A stretch of 64,000 nt of DNA. Origin: Eledone cirrhosa (lineage: Eukaryota). Positions 49,259 through 63,648 of the stretch are shown here, piece after piece. Location of the stretch: positions 230,516,001 to 230,580,000 of the forward strand of contig OZ024740.1 in assembly GCA_964016885.1 (NCBI GenBank), given 5' to 3'. The notes under the pieces were generated by a model. It made no database searches and had not been told where the DNA came from. It saw only the letters and a program-made list of their open reading frames with translations. The number at the start of each line of letters is the position of its first letter. The first letter of the stretch is position 1. The position numbers and the translations under genes were made by a program.

Positions 49259-50624
49259 GTAATATTAAATTAATTATTACATATTTTTAAATTGTTTTTT
49301 ACTTTTTTTTTAATTTATAATAGTGTTGTTGGTTCACTAGATTTCTGATGGTGAGAGTGACAATGGAGTGTCTGTCACTTGGTGTAGAACAAATAACTCA
49401 AGGGAACTCAGTTGAAGAATATCTGTTGTTTTGCAGTTTTCTTGAAGTCGTAGGGGTGCTATATTGACATACAGCGTTTCTAGAGCATTTTTGTAAACCT
49501 GGCGGAGCCCATTTCCTCTCCATGTCTGAATACAACAAATTCCTTCCAGAGAGTGAAAGAATGGAAGTGCTAAAGAGATATAGAGGAAGAATCGACTCCA
49601 GTACTAGACTGGTACTTAAATGTATGAAAGGCAAAGTTGACCTCTTTGTTGATATACATTGGTAAAATGTATACAATGTTGCGTAAAGAAGTGCCAGGAC
49701 TTCCACATAGAAGGAAGCTATGGAAGGCAAAAAGCTAAAACACATACCATAAGTCATCTCCTCTAACACTAACAATTCTACCCCTCCGTGACCTTTTACT
49801 AATACTTTATTTTATCAACCCTGAAAAAATGAAAGACAAAGTTGACCATGGCATGATTTGAACTCAGAATGCAGAGAACTAAAATAAATCCCACAAAGTA
49901 TTTTGTTCTGCATACTAACGACTCTGCCAATTTGCCTCTGAAAAAACAAAATACAATTCCTCCAAACACGCAAGTGAATGTAAATCTTTTAAAAACAAAT
50001 AGGTTGACATGACAATGAAGATTGGTGTTACTATATTGGTTGTGAGTGTTCAGTTTAGAATAGGTACGCCATACCCCTGTATGTTGTAAGAAGTGACTAG
50101 AAGTGTTGGTGCCAGGAATGGCATCCAGCCATAAAACATTGCTTCAAAAAGAACCCCCTTATCACCATGTAACCTATCATGAAGCCCATAAGGCTAACTC
50201 CTGCTTTAGCAAGAAAAAAATTACCTTTAAACCTCTATCACTTGTGTTACTATATATGTATTTCTTTCTCTCTTAGTGATTGTGAATGTTTAAGGTGTTT
50301 GCCTCCTTATCGTTAGGTTATGGGTTCGATTTCTGGACCTGGTGACATGTTCTTGTGTAAGACATTTCATTCCACATTGCTTTTCATAATAGGAGTAGGG
50401 CTCCTATCATTAAACACCTGAGAAAATGCCTATGAAATACAACTTTGTACATTGCTAGCTAAACCTAGGTGTGAGTTGTAAAATTTAATTTCTCTTAATG
50501 TTGATATGTAGGTAGTGATAGATCATAGGTCAACTTTGCCTTTCAATCAAGGTGACAATACATACATGCTATATCATAGAGTTAGCTATGTTATGTTAAG
50601 AGTAACTCAAATTTATGATTTCAG

Positions 50625-50694
50625 ATCAAGTGATATACGACTAATAGACCAAAAAACCATTGCAGCATCAGTTGATATTACAAGTGCAACTAAG
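50625..50694 (+). CDS. WDR46: WDR46 coding exon 4
   Basis: SSDIRLIDQKTIAASVDITSATK (conserved Q..I...VDI.SA.K). The acceptor position is less certain. Confidence 0.85.
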
Positions 50695-51344
50695 GTTGGT
50701 ATCATCATCATCATCACCGTTTAACATTTGTTTTCCATCAACATCATCGTTTAATGTCCATGTTTTCACGCTAGCATGGGTTAGATAAGTTGTCCTATTT
50801 GAGACAAGTCAGATAAGATGACCATGTCTTGCTCATTCAGAACTGTTTCTGGCTTGGTTTCTATAATTGAATGCTCTTCCTAATGCCATCCACATTTACA
50901 GTGTGGACTGGGTGCTTTTTGTTGACTCCTACCCAATCACTTTATATGTTTGTATTTGTGATTTACGCTAAGAAGCTGTTATTGAATCTCTGTCAGTTCT
51001 GACTACAAGTGTTGTAGAGGTTCGATTAAAGAACAGCCTGTTTGTGAAATTAACATGAAAGTGGCTGAGCATTCCACAGACATGTTTACCCTTAACGTAA
51101 CTCTCAGGAAGATTCAGCATAACACAGGATGTGAGAAGAATGGCTCTTTTAATTACAGCTGCAACTCAGTATTTTTTTTAAGCTGTGTGAACTGGACATA
51201 ACATGCTGCCAGGGAATCAAACTCTCAACCATACCATCATAAGTAGAACACCATAACCACTTAACTACAAAATTTCACTCAACATAAAGCTATAATGTCT
51301 ATCTAAGAGTATAATATGGTATAACACTTGGTATAACAGCATAG

Positions 51345-51598
51345 TTCCCATGACTTTCGGAAACATTTTTTCACGCTCAGAGTTGCTGAAGCATGGAACA
51401 AACTACCTGCATCAGTTGTTAGCTGTCGAGACACTGCATCCTTTAAGGCCTCCATGCTTCCCGAGATCCGCCAACACTACAGCTAACACATACACACATG
51501 TACTTCCCTGACATTTGTGTATTATTCTATGTACTATACATACACCTTTGACGAGTTGTAGTGCACCTGAGCACTTTACACAATAATTTCATTATTAT
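51345..51598 (+). mobile_element. CR1-clade LINE 3' fragment
   Basis: DFRKHFFTLRVAEAWNKLPASVV....SFK, then a 3' UTR ending in ATT repeats. Confidence 0.8.
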
Positions 51599-53019
51599 AT
51601 ATATGTTGAGGAATAAGTGACCAAAAAATCGATGGTGAAATGGTGGTGTTGGCTTATATTCACCATCTAAACATATGTTGACTAGCTGCCTTAGCTTATG
51701 AATGAGGTTTGGATTTTTGCCCATTTCTCAGACATAAAATAGGGCAGTTGGCTTATATTCAAGTGTATATGGTAACCCTTTTATAACCATATTTCTCATG
51801 AGACATACTGCTTGTATCTTTCAATTCATTGTGAAAATAATCAAAAATTTAGATATTCAGTGAAATAACTAACTTTTTCATCATCAAGTCAGTGTTTTGA
51901 ACATAGCTTAGTAAAAACCAGCCATTATGATGAAGTTTTAACTTAAATATGAACAGTTTAAAAGTGAAAAGTTTATATCACAACTTGAGGCAATATCTGG
52001 TGGGCTGATATTATCATCATTGGTCTAGTGTCAATCCTCACCCTCAACTCCATAATTTTCAGTGTATCACCACCTTCATCTTTTTACATGCACTAATATC
52101 TGTCACTCCTTATACTATCAAACCTTTTGGTACCAAACTGCCTAAAACTACCCATAGCTTTAAAGTGTTTATAGTCATCTAAACCTTTCAAATTCTTGAT
52201 TGTTTTCAAAATTATTTGAAAACTATAGGCAGTGTCTTTCATTAGAAATATGGTAATGAACAGATTAATAATGATCTATATTCTTCTAAAAACCTTCCAT
52301 CATAATTTTATGTAAGAACCTTTAAGTTATGCTCCAACACCAACTTGATAATGAGAAAGTTGTTACTAAATCCTTCCTAATTCTTAATTATTTGAAGATC
52401 ATAGGCAGTGTCTTTCATTAGAAATATGGTAACAAAAGGTTAAAGTTTATATTTATCTAAAGAAAAAACTCTTCCATTGTAATTTTACTTAAGAGCCTTT
52501 AGGTTATGCTCCAAACACCAGTTTGATAATGAGGAAATTATATTACTAAGTCCCTCCAAATTCTTGATTATTTTCAAAATTATTTGAAAATCATAGGCAG
52601 CATCTTACATTAACTCTTTATGCATTTCCAATGAAATACACTCTATTTTAATTAGTTAATGAATAATTTTGAGGGATTTTCTAAAATTATTGATTATTTC
52701 ATTACTAAGATAGTAACTTAATAAATACAAGGTTCTTATATAAAATTATATTGGAAGATTTTCATTTAAATTTAAAACCTTTAAAATGGGTGGTTTTATT
52801 TCATAGAATCAGAGCCAATTTTAGGTGGTTTGGTAACTAAAGGGTTAAAAATGTGGTAATGAAAGGGTTAATCACAATTTACTCTCTGCAACTTCATCTT
52901 TCAGCTTTCCACTCTTAACTCTTATCTCATTTCTCTACATTTCTACCATAAATTCTCTTCATAACAATTTTCTCAAACTTCCATTTGATTACTTGTTTGA
53001 TTTTGTTTTTGGTTTTTAG

Positions 53020-53078
53020 TATTTTAGCCTAGACCTGAATTTTGGACCATACAAAATGGATTATTCAAGGAATGGAAG
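53020..53078 (+). CDS. WDR46: WDR46 coding exon 5
   Basis: YFSLDLNFGPYKMDYSRNGR. Confidence 0.95.
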
Positions 53079-53189
53079 GTATGAACACTTTACTTACTGA
53101 TTATTCCTTTTTTACTTGCTCTAACTAGTGATATATTTAATAGGTACATGTTTAGTTTCTAAGAAGAATAAATCATTGTCATCGCCATC

Positions 53190-53575
53190 ATCATTTGTCA
53201 ACCAAGACCCCACATCTAAACCAGCCGGCTTTGACCTTCCTAGAAATGGGTCCTTTAATCGGATTCACACAAAATATTTCAGGACAGCCAATCATCTCCA
53301 TCAATGGAAAATGAAAGACAGCCCAACATGTGACTGGGGGGACCCTGACCAGGCAGTACTACATGTTGTTCGGCATTTCCCCGTCAGATGTTTTCCTGAC
53401 AGCTTGGAGGCAATCCATAATACCACAAATGATGCCACATGTATGTCGTTCAGGATTTCCCCCTCATGTTTTTCTGGAAGTCTGAAGGCAATCCATGATA
53501 CTACAAGTGACTCCTTAGTCTGGCTCACCAATCTCAATCTCTCTCTTTCTAACTGTTGTGCATATGTCAAGAAGA
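53190..53575 (+). mobile_element. Non-LTR retrotransposon 3' fragment (I-group, Ingi/Vingi-like) with an internal tandem duplication
   Basis: GFDLPR..FNRIHT..LHQWKMKDSPTCD.G..Q..HVV..FP (degenerate CCHC). The CF..SL.AIH.TT.D segment is repeated. Confidence 0.6.
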
Positions 53576-54177
53576 ATCATCATTATATCTGATTTATGTC
53601 TATTTTCAATGCTAGCATGTGTTTGACAGGCAGGTTAGAAAACTCTCTTGTTTATATGTTCCATTCTGCAGCTGGATGCCCTTCTTAACACCAACCACTT
53701 TGAGATGTGTAATGGGTTCATTTTCTCATGACACCATCTCACAGGGTTGACTGGATGGGTGCTTTTTTTTTCCATGGTACCAGTACTACCACTTTACAGT
53801 GCGGGTTGCGTGCATTTTATCATGGCACCAGCTCTTCCACTTTCCAGTGTGAACTTGGAATAACTGGCACTACTAACACAATATCCGACATAACTAATTT
53901 AGTGGGTTAAATCTTATTTTAGGTCACAAACTATGTGCAAGTTAGTTACCTTGTTAACATGGTATGTTCTTGAGTAAGATGCTTGTTGCTTTTCATAATA
54001 CAACTTGGGACTCTATTGTTAAAATACCCAAGGAATCTATGAGCTGCAACCTTGTAGGAAGCTAGCTGAAAATGTGTAACCCTAATTTTTTTTTTTTCCA
54101 GTATATTTTTTTACTGTTTTTTTTTTTGTTTTTTTTTAAAATTAATTAATTTTTTTATTGTTTTTATTTTACCATAG

Positions 54178-54282
54178 ACACCTGCTTCTTGGAGGGAAGA
54201 AAGGACATGTGGCTGCCATTGAGTGGCAGAGTAAAAAGCTTCTCACTGAAATGAATGTTATGGAATCTGTGACAGATGTTAA
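54178..54282 (+). CDS. WDR46: WDR46 coding exon 6
   Basis: [35 protein letters not shown]. Confidence 0.96.
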
Positions 54283-54559
54283 GTAAGGCTTATTAGAATC
54301 TTGCGTATACAGGTCTGGGCATGATTGTGTGGTCAAGGAGTTTGTTTGCTAACACCTTGGGCAAGTGACTTCTTCTATAGTCTTAGATTGACTAGTGCCA
54401 TATGAGGGAAATTTGGTAGACTGGGACTATGCAAAATCCTGTCATATAATGTATGTCTTATGTCCCATAACTTCAACAAAATTAGATCGATAATATAAAT
54501 GATAGATTTAAAAATAAATATTGGAGTTGATGTGATCATCTAAATCCCTTCAAAATGGT

Positions 54560-54925
54560 CATCATCATCATCAACGTTTTTACGTCCGTCTTCTACGCTT
54601 GCATGGGTTGGATGGGTCCTTTTCAGCTCAGCATTTCACCATTTGCCATGTTCCTTCATCATCTCCATGAGTCTCAGTGATTTGAAATCAGTTCCCACCA
54701 CCTCTGCTCAGGTCTTTCTTGGTCTACCTTTACTGAGGGTTCCATCCACTGGCATTTCCTGGCACTTCTTCACCCAGTGATCATCATCCATATGCATCAC
54801 ATGTCCATACCAACACAGTCTTCTTTCCTGCACACCACTTCAGATTCCTCTTAAACAAAGCTTCTCCCTCAGTTCATCCAAGCTCTGCCTTTCTCTCTCA
54901 TTGCTCATCCAAATCTGCAGTCTAA
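54560..54925 (-). mobile_element. Old RTE 3' fragment
   Basis: ERQSLDELREKLCLRGI..VQERRLCWYGHVM and a (GAT)n tail on the minus strand. Confidence 0.75.
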
Positions 54926-55606
54926 TACCTGAAACTAGCAAAAGAATACTTATTATATTAAGAAGATCTATATGTTGGATTAAATACCTCACAGTATTTG
55001 TTCTGGCACTGCTTTCTGATTTCAAATCCCACCATGATCAACATTGCCTTTCATCCTATAATGGTCAATAGGTCAAGTATTAGTCAGAGCTGTGGCTACA
55101 TGGAATTGTGAGACCATATGGCTTACACTCTTTTCTTTTCTCATCTGTATTCTGGATTCACTGGTGCCGATCTGTATTTGCTCATGCCTTTCTCTTGGTC
55201 AACATTAATGTAGAGAGCGGATACTTGTATGCATGGATGACAGCTTGACTACCACAAAAAATCTTACCCAGGCCAATACAAATCTATGGTCTCACAAACC
55301 ATATGTATGTATGTGTTTAAATTCTGTTTGAGGGTTCAATTTATTATTTAATGGAAAAATTCATGTTTAACCCTTTTTGTGGCAGTCCACCAGAGACTGC
55401 CTCAGATTCTAGGATACAAAATCTCTTGTTTTAAAGTATTCAAATTGAAATTAAAATTTATGACTGCATCACATTAAAAATCCAAGCCATCATCAATCAT
55501 TTTTTGTCATGGTTTTTACAATTGAATTCTTATATGTACAATACATACAAACCTATGTCTTTGGAGAGAGCACTACCATATATAGTTATATACATTCTTT
55601 TATCAG

Positions 55607-55757
55607 GTGGCTTCACCAAGAAACAATGTTTGCAGTTAGTCAGAAACAATGGACCTATATCTATGATAATCAAGGCATTGAGTTGCATTGTTTGAAAACA
55701 TTAGATCAAACTTTACAGATGGAATACCTTCCTTACCATTTCCTACTTGTGGCAGCA
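55607..55757 (+). CDS. WDR46: WDR46 coding exon 7
   Basis: [30 protein letters not shown]...[13 protein letters not shown], diagnostic for Utp7/WDR46. Confidence 0.97.
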
Positions 55758-56369
55758 GTAAGTATTCTTCTCATAACAAACTGTCTGAAACTGTCTCAGG
55801 TTTTATCATACAAAAGTTTTAAAGTGTTTATATTTATCTTAAAACCTTCCAACATAATTTTATGTAAACACTTTTTTTAAAATAATGCTCCAAATATTAA
55901 CTTAATAACGAGAAAGTTAATTGTATTACTAAATCCTAACACATTTTTGATTTACAAAATTAATAGAAACACATTGGTCTGTGTATTCCATTAGAAATAA
56001 GTTTTAATGAAATAATTAAAAGGATATAAACCGTTTTTTTTTTTTTAATAAATACAAACTCCAGTGGTGCTATATTTACTTGAAAGACATTCAGTCATTA
56101 AAAGACAAAAAGAAAATAAAACATTGATCAGACCAATATTTGTTCTGATGCTTTGCATTCTGAGTTCAAATCACGTGTCAACCTACATGAGTGGTAGACT
56201 TAATCTGTCAGCTGAGTTAAAACCCACAACTGGACCTTTGGTGCCTTTAATGGTGTCTACTCTGTTGGTCTCTACTTTAAGGATACCTTCCTTCTCACCA
56301 ACCAGTTTTAGAGGCCCTGAACCTGGATTTGAATTCAGATCACATGGCATTTTGTCATAATGTATGTCT

Positions 56370-56620
56370 AACATCATGTACAAGCATCGACTTGGCTGGT
56401 TGGGACATGTCACACGATTCCCAAGTGAGAAACATTCTAATCAGGTCCTGTGTTGGTGGTAACCCCATGGTAAACTGGCAAAGAGGATATCCGAAGATAA
56501 ACTGGTGACAGACAATTGACAGAGACCTGAAACCTGTCAACAAAAGTTGAAACAATATATTGATAGATGCAACTGACTGTTGTCATTGGAGCACTTTGGC
56601 TGCCTCATGTGTCTCGTGAC
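56370..56620 (+). mobile_element. Old RTE-like 3' remnant
   Basis: HRLGWLGHVTR...QVLCW..HGK..RG.PK.NW. Confidence 0.55.
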
Positions 56621-57012
56621 ATGGGAGCTTCTAAGTCTAAGTAGTAAGTCTAGCAACGCTGTCAATTTGCCTCCAATGCATTGATATATATGTATATAAC
56701 TTGCTATGTAAACAACTGTTGAATTACAAAGCATTTGGAAAGTTTGAGATTTGCGTCCCAATACAGAAATAATTATGATGTAGCCGATTTCTATAAACAA
56801 CAGTTGAGAAAATCAAGTAGAATACCCCAGAAGACAGAGGTCACTGTGAGAAATATGGAGTACAATTCGTCACGGATGACTCTGTTCAGTATTTCCCCTC
56901 ACCCGATTCTTTTCATCTATTATTTATAGTGACCAACAATATAGTAATTTCTGTGTTAGGATGCTCGCATTCCTAATTTCAAATTTGATATGTATTTATA
57001 TTATTTTTTCAG

Positions 57013-57148
57013 AATTCAAAAGGATTTTTGACCTACCTGGACACATCAGTTGGCAGTAAGGTTTCATCCATCAAGACTTCAATGGGTCGTTTAAATGTAA
57101 TGTGCCAGAATCCATCTAATGCTATTATACATCTTGGTCATTCAAATG
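57013..57148 (+). CDS. WDR46: WDR46 coding exon 8
   Basis: NSKGFLTYLDTSVG...MCQNPSNAIIHLGHSNG. Confidence 0.97.
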
Positions 57149-57329
57149 GTAGGGCTTAAATTATTTATTTCCCATTTTTTTAATTTTTAATATCATTCCT
57201 ATAAATGAAATGTGTTGGCATCAGGGCTGACTAGCCTACATTGTCTCTGTCTGTAACTGCTTTTCATGGAGCAATGAGTGTTGTCGTTATCATGTGTTTC
57301 ATCATGACATGAATACTAGACATGTTGTC

Positions 57330-57605
57330 CCATCCCCTCCAGGCTAAGAGGGACCCTTTCTACCCCCTCCAGGCTAAGAGGGGACCTTCTCTACCCCCTG
57401 CAGTCTTTGATCTCTTGTTGTCTCATCCACTGTAGACTGAGGGACCCTCTACACCCTGCAGGCCAAGAGGGACCATTTCTACCCACTGTGGGCTATGAAG
57501 GAACTCTCTCTACCTCCTGTACTACTTAGACATGTCTCATCCACTGCAGGCTGAGAGGCACCTCTCTACCCCCGCAGGCTATGGAGGGACCCTCACTAAC
57601 CCCTG
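57330..57605 (+). repeat. Degenerate ~30-bp minisatellite
   Basis: CCCCTCCAGGCTAAGAGGGACCCTTTCTAC-like units. Confidence 0.7.
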
Positions 57606-57716
57606 TAATCTCTGATCTCTTGCCACATTTAATTTTAACACTAGAAGAAAATGAATTCCTGCGATATATTGTTTTCTGTTTTAATTCTTATTTTGTAATT
57701 CACATTCATTTTACAG

Positions 57717-57816
57717 GAACTGTATCTCTGTGGTCACCCAACGCAAAAAATTATTTAGTGAAAATGTTGTGCCATAAATCAAATGTGCGGTCAATAGCTG
57801 TTGACCAACAGGGTTT
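57717..57816 (+). CDS. WDR46: WDR46 coding exon 9
   Basis: [32 protein letters not shown]. Confidence 0.97.
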
Positions 57817-59693
57817 GTAAGTAGCTTTTTAACATACTATTTCACTCTATTTCTATCCTATTAAAATTGCTGTCCTTCTTAACTCAGTCATCATCGTCAT
57901 TTAAGATCTGTTTTTCCATGCTGGCTTGGGTTGAACATGTCACATACTATCCAATCCAATCCCTTCTCACTCCTGTTTGAGGAACCCTTCCCTGGTTGAC
58001 CTCCACAGCTTTCTGTTTGGTCTTGGTCATGTCTTCAGGGGTGTAGCCATACTCACCACACTTGGCTAATTACAGGTTAGTGAGGCTATTTAACCCATAT
58101 GTATATATATACAGGGTGTCCCCCAAAAATGTATACACACTTCAACAGCATTCTAATAATTTTTTGGAACACATTGTGTGTATATATATATGCATACACA
58201 CAATCCAGTCCAGGGCCTCGCATTCTGTTTGGTTTTGGTCATGTCTTCAGGGGTGTGGCTATTTAACCCATAGTTAGTGGTATACAACAACTTATTCAAA
58301 ATAACTCTTTACCTTCTGGCTACTCCATTAAAAAATTATATATAGCAAAGATGAACTTCGTCTACGTCAGTAACTAGAAACATTTTTTTTTTTTCCCAAT
58401 TAAACTTGTTAATACCAGATTTTAACAAGAATTTACTTTATTAGGCTGCACACATACTAAGTACTTAATTGGAGCTAGTGTCCTCCCAGGCAGGCCAAGA
58501 ACCATATCTCATTTATATACAAGATGTCCCCACCAAAAAAATATACACACTCTTTAAATAACAGTTTCTGATTTAGGCACAAAGCCAACAATTATTGTAG
58601 GGAAGGGGCAAGTCGATTAAATCAATCCCAGTGCGTTACTGGTGCTTTATTTCATCAACCCTGTAAGGCAAAACTAACCTTTGTGGGAATTGAACTCAGA
58701 ACATAAAAAGCCGTAACTACCTCTTTAAATAACAATAAATACATCGTTTATTGAGTTAGAAACAATTCAATGAGTTATGGGGAGTCAAAATGTGAGTACA
58801 TTGAAGACATCCTGTATATTCTGATTTTGTCGTAGTTTCTACAACAGGCTATGTCCTCACCCAGGTAGAGGAAGCGGGACAATAATGAGAGTGTGGAGAA
58901 AATGAGGGCATGGCAAAAGTGACATTGTAGGGCAGGTAAAAGGAATTTTAAAAAAGCATAATAAACAATTATTAAATTCTTTAAAAGTCATTTTATTTCT
59001 CAGAACCCACTGGGAAACACTAATTCCATTCCTTCTTTCCCAGAATGTCAACTTACATGTACTTCCTCCCATACTTACATTTTTTTCTGAAGATGATAAG
59101 TATATGTGTATTGAGTAATATAACTTTTTTTAAATAGTTTTTTAGTTTCCTAATTACCTGAGGTTAATTTTGCCTTTCATCCTTTTGAGGTCAATAAAAA
59201 AAAGTTTTGATTCTTCCTGTATATCTCTTTCTTTCTCACACTTTCTATCCTTCTCTGGAAGAAATCTGCTGGAAAGGGATGGGCTCTCCCAAGCTTAAAA
59301 CGCCCAAGAAATACTGTATGCCACTGCTGCGACTCCATGGAGTTACAAGACCATACCAACTACCTAGTAGATTGTTAGAGTTGTTAGAATGTCAGCTAGA
59401 ATGTTTGCAGTATTCATTCTAGCTCTCTCTGCACTCTTGAGTTCAAATCCTACTAGAGTCAACTTTGCCTTTCATCTCTTTCAAGGTTGATAATATACCA
59501 GTCTACTATTGGGGTCAATTCTTCCTTTATATCTACTTCTCTCTTTCTTTGGAAGAAATCAGCTCTGTTCAGACATGGGACAGGGATGGGTTCTGCCAGG
59601 TTTAAATGCCAAAGACTCTTACAATTCTATCAAGAGTTGAGGCCCCATGGGTGGATATTTATTTATGTGACTTTCTTGATATATTTTCTATAG

Positions 59694-59847
59694 TTACCTT
59701 GCTACGTCCGGAGATGACAGTCAAATGAAGATATGGGATCTTCGTACCTACCAAATGTTGCAGTCTTATAGAATAGATTCTGGAGCCAACTATTTATCTT
59801 TCAGTCAACGTGATATGCTTGCAGCTGGTATTGGCAGTGTTGTACAG
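59694..59847 (+). CDS. WDR46: WDR46 coding exon 10
   Basis: YLATSGDDSQMKIWDLRTY...LSFSQRDMLAAG..VVQ (WD40 repeat). Confidence 0.97.
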
Positions 59848-60039
59848 GTTAGACGAATGCTCGTTTAAAATTTTTTATTTCGGAATTTTTTAATTAACAT
59901 TATCATCATAATTTTTGCACCTGCTTTTCTATGCTAGCATAATTTGCATGAGATTTTTTTTTAGGTGGTTTTTCTCTATGGTCAGATGTCCTTTCTGATG
60001 CCAACCCATACTATATTTCTAAGTATGGCATATGTTGAT

Positions 60040-61451
60040 GACCTCTGTCAAACCATAAACTGTCGAGCATAAACAAACATACCGCTGGCTTTTAAGCAGT
60101 GACTTATTGTCCGTTCAGGATACAAATGTCACTACTCACTTTAATGTCAATTAGAGATTACTGCGAGATTAGGCCCTTACCGCGAAAATTAACACTTAAT
60201 ATAGTGAAACAACTTAAAAACGAACTGAAAAACTGGTCAAAATATAATATACGGCCCTGGTTATGGTATGGAAGTGATAAATTCCAGACCACATCATACC
60301 CTAGGCCATGCTGACTTACATAATTGTCTCTTTTGCCAGTATAAAATTCAAATCCAGAGCAGTACCCAGTATTCGATTTGCAAATCTTCCAAACTTTGAA
60401 ACCTCATTTTGTGGGCTTTCCTGGCATATATTGTCGAAAACGCACTCTGCCTTTATAGCCCACCATACCCTCATCGATAGATAAATATCTCCCTGGTTTG
60501 TAAACTGTTTTATATGTGTTTTGAACACAATCAATGAGGGGTCTTATTTTAAATAAGGGATCATAGTTTGGTTCTTCACGTACTGGTGTACTGCTCGTGT
60601 CTCTTACGTGTAAATATTGCGTCAATTTTCAAAACCGTGTCCTCGTCATTATACTTGAGACATATTCGTCTCCAAAGGGTTCATCGGTACTCCAGTAATT
60701 TGTAATTCTGGGTAGCTTTCTAATGCCCATAATAATATTTATGGCAAAATAAGCTCTAATTTCATTTAAGCTTGTGGGAAACCACAAACTATCCTTTTTT
60801 TCGCTTTGTTTACTTTCAGCATAACGGTTTGTTTCCGCCGTAATAATTTCAAACAAGCTCATAGGAAAAAGTAAAAGGAAATAGTCTAAAGCTTTGCTCT
60901 CCTGGGATAGACTGTGACTTGGTCCAGTTTCTTCACAAAAATCATTGAAAGAAACAGTTTTTTAATTTTTACTCCATTCAGGTGCCAATTCATTTTCTTT
61001 ATCGCTGTCATCGGAGCTCTCAGATTCACTGTTTTCACTTTCGGAAAATGAAACATCGGATTCATTATCAAATACCATGTGCTTTTTTTTTTTTCAGTTA
61101 TAGAGTTAGATTTTTCAAGGTCTTCAGTGGAAAATCCTTCGAATTCTGACTCGCTGCTTGACTGAATGAAATTGGTATCCATTTTTTGTCAGAATTACAA
61201 ATTTTCAAAACACAACAGGAACAAATTTGGAAAAAAATCTCCCAAAATTCACAGAATTAAAATAACACGTCGATCGTTGTCCAAAATTGTAGCTCAATTG
61301 TTTATGCTGTATAATCACGTGTTTTCACGAATGTACTAACAAGATTTGCTCTGATATTCTCATTTAAATATGAATGTGTGGTTTTGAGCGGCTTGGTCAC
61401 ATGAACCAAAAAATTTTTCGGGCGGCTTTGGCCGGTTTGGTAATGAAAGGG
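60040..61451 (-). mobile_element. piggyBac (PGBD4-like) transposon, frameshifted and 3'-truncated
   Basis: Acidic N-terminus, ETNRYA, YWS, MTRTRF, DPLFKIRPL, LSIDEGMVGYKGR..FRQYMPGKPTK. Terminus TTAA|CCCTTTCATTACCAAACCGG at 61451. Confidence 0.9.
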
Positions 61452-61689
61452 TTAAACATCTACTGACAAAATCTCAAGCCTGCACATAGAAAATTAAGAA
61501 AATTACAAACAAATAAAATTGATAACCCTCTTGAGTACGATTAACTGAAAATAATGTGAACAGATAAACATGGCATTTGACAAATTAATGTGAATGCTAA
61601 AGGGTTAAACAGTGTTGCACAGAAACAGATACTAGCATACAATGTGGTGCAATCTATAGAAAGGATAATCCTAAGGATAAAAATATTAA

Positions 61690-62050
61690 AAGTTAGAGTG
61701 ACATGGAGGACACATGCATACATGGTTGAATGTTTCAATCGAAACCCCTATAAAATGTAAATATAACAGACCAGACATAGTGATATGCAACAAAGATAAG
61801 AAGTAGTGGAAGTCAGCTGCCAGCAAATGTAAATATAATGCTTAAGATTAGCAAAAAGAACATTTATACTGAACTAATGGAGAATCTGCAGATACTTCAC
61901 CCTGACTATACCTTCAGATTTGTACCTGTAATTGGGGGGCTCTAGGATATGTTACTAACCGCCTCAGTACAATTCTTGCGAAACTAGGTTTCACAGAACC
62001 AGAAAGAGCATGGCTAGTTAGGAAGTTAAAGTACAGTCCATTAATTTAGC
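61690..62050 (+). mobile_element. R4/NeSL-type restriction-like endonuclease remnant
   Basis: KCKYNRPDIVI..VVEVSC..IYTELMENLQILHPDYTFRFVPVI.GALG across frameshifts. Confidence 0.65.
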
Positions 62051-62210
62051 ATGCAATAACTGTATATACACATAGAAATATATGTAACCATATGGAAACA
62101 CACATGCAGTAACAGCGACACTTGCATACACAAACACGTTCATACATAATTACCTAATTGATGATGTGAAAATTCCAATGAAAGAGTCTTGTCTCTGTGT
62201 TAGAAACTGG

Positions 62211-62275
<65 letters not shown>

Positions 62276-63010
62276 GACTAGTGTGTGTCTGTATGAAATA
62301 AATATATATGATGGTTTCCATCTACCAAAGTCACTCTGAAGGCATTGGTCAGCTCGAGGCTGTGTAATGGTATCAAACCTGAAACCACATGGTTGTGAAG
62401 CGAACTTCTTAACCACACGACTATGTTTACTCATATGTATTATATTTTGTATTTAAGCCTTTTGATACCAAACCACCTAAAACCACTCCTGGTTCTACAA
62501 CACTAAATTGTTTGTTCAAAAAATGTCTTCTTCATCCACTTATTCCTGGAAGGGTCGTTAAGCAGATCCCTCAGACATGCTTTCCAAAGGGTCCTATCAG
62601 AAGCAACTACCTATATTTGATCTGGCTGGATCCCCAAGCTAGACCAACTCAGCTCATGGATGTTATCCAATCATCTTGCTTGTGGTCTACCTCTGGGACT
62701 CCTGCCGGTTGGCTTTGTCCATAAAATCTGTCCAACTTAACAACAAAGTTAGTTATATTATTAAATCCTTCCCAATTCTTAATTATTTGAAAATCATAGG
62801 CAGTGTATTTTTTTTTTTTAGACATATGGTGAGACCATACATAAGTAAGATAACAGACCCCTAGTCTGTCTAGGAGATCAGTAGCCCCACTTCAATACTG
62901 ACTTGGTCTATGTAGGCCCATGATGATGATGAAACAATAGAGTTAATCAATGTATTGTTCTATCAAGTTATACAAAATGTTTAACTTCAAATTGTTTTGT
63001 TCTTCTTTAG

Positions 63011-63158
63011 ATATTTGATAATTGTTGCACTCAAACAGTAAGCAGCCCCTACTTATTTCATAAATTGTCTGGAAGTGTGCACAGTACAAAATTCTGTCCA
63101 TATGAAGATGTACTTGGTGTTGGTTATGAGAAAGGATTTCAGAGTCTGCTTGTTCCTG
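63011..63158 (+). CDS. WDR46: WDR46 coding exon 11
   Basis: IFDNC..PYLFHKL...FCPYEDVLGVG..GFQSLLVPG (start of the BING4CT region). Confidence 0.97.
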
Positions 63159-63648
63159 GTGAGTAAATTTATCTATATCAATTGTTATTCTTTGCTGATG
63201 TGGGTGTTTGAAGAAAATATCTTTATAGAAATGCTGGTGAGACAACAAAAGACCCTAGTCCACCATCTAAGGAGGCCATGTTTGTGACATGACAAAAGAG
63301 CACCCGGTCAATGCTGTAAAGTGGTTGCGCTGGTGGCGTGATAAATAAGCACCCAGTCTACCCTGTATGGTGGTTGCATTGGTGACATGACAAAAAGCAT
63401 CCAATCCACTCTGTAAAGTGGTCCTGTTTGTGACTTAATGAAAAAGTACCCAGTCCAACCTGGTCATTTTGGTACCACGATAAAAAGCACCCAGTCCATG
63501 CTGTAAATGTGGTTGGCATTAGATAGGGCATCCAGTCATAGAAACCAAGCCAGAAACAGTTCTGTATGAGCAATCCACCTTTATCAGTTATCATATCTAA
63601 ATGATTTACTATTTTATTTTAACTAATCGGTGTATTTATATATTTTAG

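Noticed and set aside
50277-50294. 18-nt in-frame WDR46 microexon candidate
   Set aside because: The donor is weak, there is no similarity to the expected linker, and it overlaps a decayed SINE head.
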